NCBI GenBank assembly: GCA_016186825.1 | Contig: JACPKW010000004.1 | Coordinates: 428-64,427, forward strand | Direction: 5' to 3' | Origin: Candidatus Giovannonibacteria bacterium | Lineage (GTDB): Bacteria > Patescibacteriota > Minisyncoccia > JACPKW01 > UBA11713 | Length of the DNA stretch: 64,000 nucleotides | In this document: positions 58,750 to 64,000 of the stretch, one piece after another | How positions within the stretch are numbered: position 1 is the first letter of the stretch | Layout: each line of letters opens with the position of its first letter | Made by a program: the position numbers and the translations under genes | Notes under the pieces: model-generated | Told to the model about the DNA's origin: nothing | What the model saw: the letters and a program-made list of their open reading frames with translations, nothing else | Databases searched by the model: none

Positions 58750-58935
58750 TGGAAAGATGTTGCGGAGTTGCTACGGGATTGGCAACTAATAGTGACCGAT
58801 ATTAAACGAAATCAATGTTTTAGCTACTATTTAAAGTTTAGTTTTAGACATGTCTAGAAAATAAGGGGTGGAGGTAAAGAATTGGGGGGGTGGGTATGTT
58901 GAAAGAATTGTCAGTGAAGATATTCAAATTCAGGA

Positions 58936-59745
58936 TTAGTTGATTTCTAATTTTATCATTTTGGATTCGATATTATTTTTCATTTTTGAAATATCATGCT
59001 CAATTATTTTATCTATACGGTCAATAACCGCAAGTTCATCTGAAGATTTATTTTTCTCATTTATTAATCTAAAGAAAAAACCAAATCTCCTTCTTAATTT
59101 TCTATTGTAGAAACGAATTTGACATAGATTTGTAATAGCAACTGCGATATAGCTAGAAGCAAAGTTTTCGATACTCTCGGCAAAGTTTTCTAAATTATCC
59201 GCGAAAGATTTATGCTGAAAGGCCGTTTCTCTTGCGCTTATCACCGAATCATTCTGAGCTAATCTAGTGACGAGTAATTCATTCTGATAAAAAATACTTT
59301 CGAAATTAGCTTTTAAATCTTTTATGACGTTGTTTAATTCATTTATACCTGCAAGAGCCATTAAAATTTTATTGTGTAGGTAGTAACTCTTTGTCTTAAA
59401 TACTGGAGCGTCTGAATAATTATTAACGATTCTAATCGTAATAAAATTAATCCTATAAATAGCGAGTTCATTTTCTTTAGTTTCCCTCACTTTTTTTGTG
59501 AGTTCTCGCATTCTTTCCGCCTGGAATATGAGAGCTTTTTTTACATTGTATACATCATTAAGGCTTGTCGCCGTGCTTATTTCTATCAGCCTGAAGTTTT
59601 CTCTTCTTTCTTTCCGATTATCAATCCAAGTTTTCAATAAGTATGCAAACAACGCAAAAACGACAGCAACAAATGAGCCAATCGCGCCACCGTAAAGTTG
59701 TTGCCATTTTTCGATGTGAATTAAAATGTCAGAGTTAATTTCCAA
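58936..59745 (-). CDS. Hypothetical bitopic protein with a cytoplasmic helical/coiled-coil domain
   Basis: 269 aa. TM helix GGAIGSFVAVVFALFAYLL. No recognisable family. Confidence 0.5.
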   Translation of the reverse strand: MEINSDILIHIEKWQQLYGGAIGSFVAVVFALFAYLLKTWIDNRKERRENFRLIEISTATSLNDVYNVKKALIFQAERMRELTKKVRETKENELAIYRINFITIRIVNNYSDAPVFKTKSYYLHNKILMALAGINELNNVIKDLKANFESIFYQNELLVTRLAQNDSVISARETAFQHKSFADNLENFAESIENFASSYIAVAITNLCQIRFYNRKLRRRFGFFFRLINEKNKSSDELAVIDRIDKIIEHDISKMKNNIESKMIKLEIN

Positions 59746-59764
59746 GTTTAGATTTCCTCCCCAA

Positions 59765-60073
59765 TTATTTTATGAAATATTTCTTAACATCTATTTCTTT
59801 TATTATGTTCTTATCGTCATTAAATTTTTCAGAAAGTCGCATGAAATAATAACCCAAACTTATTCCTCCCCAAAAACCAACTAATTCAAGCCAACCATGA
59901 ATAGTAAATAAAAGAAAAATGATATTTAAATCATCGTCGGCAGGAAATCCTAAAAAATCATAAAACATATCAGTCCCTGGGTCATGCTTTCTAAATGAAA
60001 TCATAATAGATGCAAAAACAAATGCTGCTATGATTAGAACCCAACCAAGTGTATAAAGGAAATTAGAAAGCAT
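59765..60073 (-). CDS. Small polytopic membrane protein
   Basis: 102 aa with 2-3 TM helices (LGWVLIIAAFVFASIMI, IIFLLFTIHGWLELVGFWGGISLGYYF). Confidence 0.45.
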   Translation of the reverse strand: MLSNFLYTLGWVLIIAAFVFASIMISFRKHDPGTDMFYDFLGFPADDDLNIIFLLFTIHGWLELVGFWGGISLGYYFMRLSEKFNDDKNIIKEIDVKKYFIK

Positions 60074-60199
60074 TTTTTGCGATTATTAAATAGCCTTATA
60101 TTAAAGTTAGTAATTTGATTCGCACGCGCCACCAGCAACTAGCGCCATAATTACTGTAGCGCCGCCATATTGTTTAAGTTTTTCATTCATAGAGGAAAA

Positions 60200-60970
60200 T
60201 TAAAAAACCGTATAGTCTTTAATGAGGTCTGCATTATATCCAGAATTTTCTAAAATATATTTTGCGTAATCTCTTTTTCCTGCCGCTGTTTTCCTATCGG
60301 TTTCGTCCTTACTTAAATATGGGTAATTGTAATAATAATCTGGAAAATCCTTCAATTGTTTGCTAGTAGATGAATCATAAATTCTAAATGAATTTGCGGC
60401 GTAGTATTCTTTTGCGCCAAAAGCAGACTTTTCTGAATAATATGTGACGTAAAGACATGAATTCATACTGGGGCTGTAAAACATAAACTTAAATTCCTCG
60501 TCATCTGAAAGGTTTTCTTTAATACTAGGTGATAGTTTTGCGCATTCGTTATTTTTTGAGAATGCCTCATCTTTATTTAGGGAAGAAGACTCCCTCAGTT
60601 TTTTTACCCTATCCTTCAATTCTGCTAAGGCTTTCTCTGAATCCGCGTCTCTGCTCAATTCCACCACAGAATAAAGAATAAACAGGTCTTGAAGATTCGA
60701 ATGCTCTTTATCGTAGCCTTCTCCAAGCTTTTTAAATTCTGAGCTGACATGCTCATATTGTCTATCATCAAGCAAAGATGCGTATGCTCCAATGTTTCTA
60801 TAGAATTCAATATCTTTATTTAGCTCATTTAATTTTTCTTCTAGTCCAGAAAATCGATTATCGGTTTTTGTTGGTAGCCCACTCGCGCCTTTTTTCGGAA
60901 TAAAATATCCAATCACAAAGCTCAAAAAAGCTACAATTATCAGAAGAATTATTACGTTCTTTGAATTCAT
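60200..60970 (-). CDS. Membrane-anchored extracytoplasmic hypothetical protein (Tyr/Asp-rich C-terminus)
   Basis: 256 aa, N-terminal anchor VIILLIIVAFLSFVIGYFI. Confidence 0.5.
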   Translation of the reverse strand: MNSKNVIILLIIVAFLSFVIGYFIPKKGASGLPTKTDNRFSGLEEKLNELNKDIEFYRNIGAYASLLDDRQYEHVSSEFKKLGEGYDKEHSNLQDLFILYSVVELSRDADSEKALAELKDRVKKLRESSSLNKDEAFSKNNECAKLSPSIKENLSDDEEFKFMFYSPSMNSCLYVTYYSEKSAFGAKEYYAANSFRIYDSSTSKQLKDFPDYYYNYPYLSKDETDRKTAAGKRDYAKYILENSGYNADLIKDYTVF

Positions 60971-61040
60971 ATTATTGCATTAGAGAATAAATATTAATGC
61001 TTTTATGAAATTACTTTGCGCATATTATTAACCGAATATT

Positions 61041-61859
61041 TTAGTTATCTTCAAACAAACTACCTGCAATCCAATCGTAAATAGCTGCTGCAGTCCGACT
61101 CAAACCACCACTAACTGCAGAGAAATCACCATTAGCTTTGTTATCCGTTCCGCCAGCAACTGAACTATTATTGCCGCTAGCAATATTGGCAGAACCTCCA
61201 CTAACTGACGAGTAGACTCCATTTGTGCGATTAAATCTTCCGCCACTGACAGAAGAAAAGTCACCGAAAGCTTCATTGTCTTCCCCGCCAGTAACAGATG
61301 CTCCATTCCCGCGAGCCTCGTTAGAATGTCCACCGATTGCGGATGTATATGGACCGCTTATAATATTTTCATTTCCCGCAGCAATTCCTCCATAGCTGCT
61401 GTAAGTATTTTCTGGACCGATAATAAGATTATGAGAACCGCTTCTGTCATTAGGAATACTTAATGTGTCTTCGTTATAGCCAATGATTAAATTTCCTAAT
61501 CCATTTTTTGTGTCGGTATTTCCGGAGCCATTAGTGATATGAACATTACAACCTTCAAAATAGACATCACTCCCATCTACTCGTACACAAGGTATTTCTG
61601 TTCCATTTTCACCCGCAATACCTTGTAGCCCTTGTTCACCTTGCGGACCTTGAGGTCCAGCAATTCCCTGAACATTCCAAGTCATTAACTGTTCATTGTT
61701 TTTACAGCCTGTTCTTTTGAAGCCTGTACCAATCATGCGCATTTCCCCATTCTTATTGACGCAGACTGATATAATTTCTCCTTCTGCTCTAGAAAAAAGC
61801 TGTAGTCCAAAGAAAACTGCAACCGCTGTCAAAAGTCCTAGAAAAGTTTTTTGATTCAT
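61041..61859 (-). CDS. Secreted collagen-like / fibre-type repeat protein (tail-fibre or trimeric-adhesin-like head repeats)
   Basis: Signal peptide, a short collagen G-x-y run GPQGPQGEQGLQGIAGENG, then about seven degenerate repeats of N.A.G..S.VSGG (SVTGG/SVSGG/SVAGG/AVSGG). Confidence 0.65.
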   Translation of the reverse strand: MNQKTFLGLLTAVAVFFGLQLFSRAEGEIISVCVNKNGEMRMIGTGFKRTGCKNNEQLMTWNVQGIAGPQGPQGEQGLQGIAGENGTEIPCVRVDGSDVYFEGCNVHITNGSGNTDTKNGLGNLIIGYNEDTLSIPNDRSGSHNLIIGPENTYSSYGGIAAGNENIISGPYTSAIGGHSNEARGNGASVTGGEDNEAFGDFSSVSGGRFNRTNGVYSSVSGGSANIASGNNSSVAGGTDNKANGDFSAVSGGLSRTAAAIYDWIAGSLFEDN

Positions 61860-61936
61860 AAAATTTTTAAAATTAAATTAATATTTTGGCCTTTTCTAAC
61901 TAAATCGCACTTTCGATAGCGTCGGAACTAACTTAG

Positions 61937-62007
61937 TTGCGGGGGCCGGAATTGCACCGGCGCCTTGAGGTTATGAGCCTCACGAGGTACTGCTCCTCCA
62001 CCCCGCG
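61937..62007 (-). tRNA. tRNA-Met (anticodon CAU) with a C1·A72 mismatch (initiator-like)
   Basis: Manual fold: 5' CGCGGGG vs 3' CCCCGCA, D-stem GAGG/CCTC, anticodon stem TGAGG/CCTCA with loop CTCATAA, T-arm GCCGG-TGCAATT-CCGGC. Confidence 0.7.
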
Positions 62008-62243
62008 ATATATTTTTTGATTAGATCACTGTCGTGCAATGATTTCAAATACTTTTCCAATTTCATTGCCCGTGATCTGGTTGGCAAAGATTCAACATAA
62101 ACTAATTTCCACGGACGATATCTTTTCGTAAAACCTTTTCCAGTTTCGTTATGTTCAGTAATTCTACGCATTACATCATTTGTCGAGCCGATATAATATT
62201 TTTCGGCAGAGTTACTAAATAAGATATATACACTATACTCCAT
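61980..62243 (-). CDS. GIY-YIG nuclease family protein (small YhbQ/UPF0213-like)
   Basis: MEYSVYILFSNSAEKYYIGSTNDVMRRITEHN is a canonical GIY-(10)-YIG...R...E...N arrangement. The start is taken at 62243; the ORF track extends to 62285 through repeat sequence. The 3' end overlaps the tRNA-Met 5' 28 nt. Confidence 0.8.
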   Translation of the reverse strand: MEYSVYILFSNSAEKYYIGSTNDVMRRITEHNETGKGFTKRYRPWKLVYVESLPTRSRAMKLEKYLKSLHDSDLIKKYIAGWRSSTS

Positions 62244-62271
62244 ATGATATGAGTCCCGGCGCAGCCGTGGA

Positions 62272-62291
62272 TACTGCTCCTCCACCCCGCG
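62272..62291 (-). repeat. 20-bp perfect direct repeat of the tRNA-Met 5' end (second copy, upstream of the GIY-YIG gene)
   Basis: tactgctcctccaccccgcg at 62272-62291 equals 61988-62007. It is followed by sequence only weakly tRNA-like (GGGACTCATATCA vs GAGGCTCATAACC). Confidence 0.85.
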
Positions 62292-62482
62292 GTATGGAGG
62301 TAATTATATCTTTATGAAGGAATAAAGCAAGAAAAATGCTTGTAATTTTCTATTAAACCAAGTGTTGACGCGGACGAAAAAATCCAAAAAAGAGATGCAA
62401 ATCCTATAACTCTGGATTTTGCTACAGCTCGCCGCGAGAAAAAGTTCGTTGTAGCTTTCCTCGCGGTGGCTTTTTCTTTCTT

Positions 62483-62526
62483 AAAAAAAAGGAAAGCCAG
62501 TTCCGCACTGCGGATCTGGCTTTCTT
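62483..62526 (-). terminator. Rho-independent terminator for the ImmA-like gene
   Basis: Minus strand: GAAAGCCAGATCCGCAGTGCGGAACTGGCTTTC followed by TTTTTTTT. Confidence 0.65.
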
Positions 62527-62544
62527 CGCTTGAGTGAGTCGCAC

Positions 62545-63003
62545 TTAAATATTGCAACTCGTTATGAGCTCGAGTTTTAGCCGGAGCTCACTTTCGATGA
62601 GTTGTCGGATCTTTTCTTTGTCGTGAAGGGCTAGCCAGCATTCGGCGAATTTATCACAGAACTCTTCCACGATTTGAATTGGCGTGTGCTTTTGTCGAAT
62701 CCTTTTTGGGATCCTGTAGGTTAAATCTAGACCGAAAGTATGGCCTATCTCATGTCCGAGCGATTGCGGCCGGCTTTGGGGATCCGCCCAGTCTGCGAAA
62801 ACGACGCAAATGTTGCCGTCGTCCCGCACAATAATTCCAGCGCCGAGCGTTTGCATTTCTCGAAACTCGACAATTCTCCTCTCCTTTAATTGCAGGCTGA
62901 TGGGTTTCTGCTTAGCGGTTAAAAGAAATTGGTCGGCGTTTGCCGCAAAAGAGAGTCTCGGGAACATCTTTATTAAAGAATTCGTGGCTTCCTCCGTGAT
63001 CAC
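62545..63003 (-). CDS. ImmA/IrrE family metallo-endopeptidase (HEXXH)
   Basis: SLGHEIGHTFGL HExxH motif in a ~150-aa protein, as in phage/ICE anti-repressor peptidases. No HTH partner is adjacent. Confidence 0.65.
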   Translation of the reverse strand: MITEEATNSLIKMFPRLSFAANADQFLLTAKQKPISLQLKERRIVEFREMQTLGAGIIVRDDGNICVVFADWADPQSRPQSLGHEIGHTFGLDLTYRIPKRIRQKHTPIQIVEEFCDKFAECWLALHDKEKIRQLIESELRLKLELITSCNI

Positions 63004-63156
63004 AAGTTCTAATTAAACTAGCAAACGAATGTATTTCTCGCAACTAAAAAATGATAAAATTAATAATATTTCAAAATTAAATTGTAAGGAGTCAACCGAA
63101 GTCTTCGTCTTATCACATGAGGAGGATTATTGGTTTAATTAGTTTCTAGAAAACAT

Positions 63157-64000
63157 ATGGTAGGAATTCTGCTCGTTATTGCTTTAGTTTTAGGAGGGGG
63201 CGTTTCTTATTCAGCTCAAGACGCATTGCCGGGCGAGGCGCTTTATGTGGTTAAAACCGGGGTGAATGAGCGATTTGAAAGTTTATTTACTTTCTCGAAT
63301 GAAGGCGAAGCGCGGCTTGCTGCGGCGGTGGCTTCAAGAAGGCTCGAGGAAGCCGAGGAGCTCGCGTCGAATGCCAAGCTTTCGGCTGACATTCAGGCTG
63401 ATCTTGAATCGAGATTTGAAAATAAAATTGAAGATTTTGACAAAAATATTGAGGAACTAAAGAAAGGCAAAAAATTTGAGACTGCGGCGGAAATTTCTTC
63501 GAATTTAGAATCTTCTCTGCAGGCGCACGGACGCATTTTGGCTTCGCTACAGGAAAAAGTTGCAAATGATAAACTTGTAGATTTAATTGTGAAAGTAAAA
63601 AGCCGCAAAGAGGATGTTTCCAAAAACAGAAGTGAAATCGAAGTAAAAATTAAAGAAGAAGGCGGAGCGAGTGTCGAAGCTGCTGCTCGCGGAAAGTTGA
63701 CGGCCGCAGAAAATAAAATAACTGAAGTCAAAAAATTTATAGAGCAGAAAAAATCTGCGCTTGGGGCTGATGCGACGACTGAAGCGGAGGCGCGTTTGAA
63801 AGTTGCTGAAAATATTTTAGCCGAAGGAAAAACTCAAGTTGACGCAAAAGCATACGGTGATGCATTTATGAAATTTCAGCAGTCTGCGAGAATAGCGCAG
63901 GAAGCAAAAATGCTCGTGCAGGCGCGTGTTGAACTTAAAGTTTCAGTTGATTTGGATGGATCTATTTTAATAGATGATGATGCGGATGAAAATGATAACG
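63157..64000 (+). CDS. Secreted or membrane-anchored coiled-coil protein (5' partial, runs off the window)
   Basis: ATG at 63157 (MVGILLVIALVLGGGVSYSAQD...). The frame is open to the window end and is not in the ORF track because no stop is reached. K/E-rich helical repeats. Confidence 0.55.
   Translation, partial: MVGILLVIALVLGGGVSYSAQDALPGEALYVVKTGVNERFESLFTFSNEGEARLAAAVASRRLEEAEELASNAKLSADIQADLESRFENKIEDFDKNIEELKKGKKFETAAEISSNLESSLQAHGRILASLQEKVANDKLVDLIVKVKSRKEDVSKNRSEIEVKIKEEGGASVEAAARGKLTAAENKITEVKKFIEQKKSALGADATTEAEARLKVAENILAEGKTQVDAKAYGDAFMKFQQSARIAQEAKMLVQARVELKVSVDLDGSILIDDDADENDN

Noticed and set aside
61980-62300. Group I intron carrying the GIY-YIG ORF inside tRNA-Met
   Set aside because: There are two tRNA 5' halves but only one 3' half. 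The insert is only ~264 bp and has no recognisable P/Q/R/S core, so the arrangement is a duplication or insertion rather than an intron.
62312-62557. Minus 81-aa ORF between the GIY-YIG and ImmA genes
   Set aside because: It spans the Rho-independent terminator hairpin and poly-A/T tract and has no RBS, so it is more likely non-coding.
63287-63731. Minus-strand ORFs 63287..63565 and 63393..63731, and + ORF 63266..63460
   Set aside because: They are antisense to or out of frame with a long uninterrupted + strand frame that has a signal peptide and coiled-coil composition. They are shadow ORFs.

Overview
This 64-kb window is gene-dense (about 65 CDS and 6 tRNAs) with moderate to low GC. From 1 to about 18.5 kb it is a co-directional housekeeping block on the + strand: glyQS, an MFS transporter, an M16 peptidase, an AI-2E permease, metG, tatD, glmS, leuS, a sugar nucleotidyltransferase, tsaC, glyA and folD. 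After that comes a mixed region with tRNA-Leu(CAA), a large exported GH-like protein, parB, rel, topA, dprA, ftsH, a tRNA with a UAU anticodon, a processive GT2 glycosyltransferase, recG, a tRNA with a GCG anticodon, xth, two NUDIX genes flanking tRNA-Ser(UGA), a PhnD-like binding protein plus a HAMP-only protein, and tRNA-Ser(GCU). From 39 to 51 kb there is an almost complete type IV pilus and competence locus: comFC, pilM/N/O, pilB, a CheY-like receiver, pilT, pilC, two major-pilin-like genes, pilD and four minor pilins. It has no secretin. ligA, gatC, gatA and an agmatine deiminase follow. The last roughly 8 kb, from 56 to 64 kb, looks accessory. It holds a TrpF-like TIM barrel and an AT-rich island of four exported or membrane proteins, including a collagen-like fibre protein, at the 3' side of tRNA-Met. 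A GIY-YIG nuclease gene there is bracketed by 20-bp perfect direct repeats copied from the tRNA-Met 5' end, and an orphan ImmA/IrrE peptidase sits next to it. The gene content fits a small-genome, monoderm, episymbiont-like bacterium of the CPR/Patescibacteria type, but this is inference. Stop-codon usage looks standard, because TGA terminates full-length genes. No CRISPR array, rRNA or intact integrase or transposase was seen. The recurring theme is tRNA genes carrying partial duplications of their own ends (Leu, Ser-GCU, Met). Every functional call was made by eye from motifs and has not been checked by any search.
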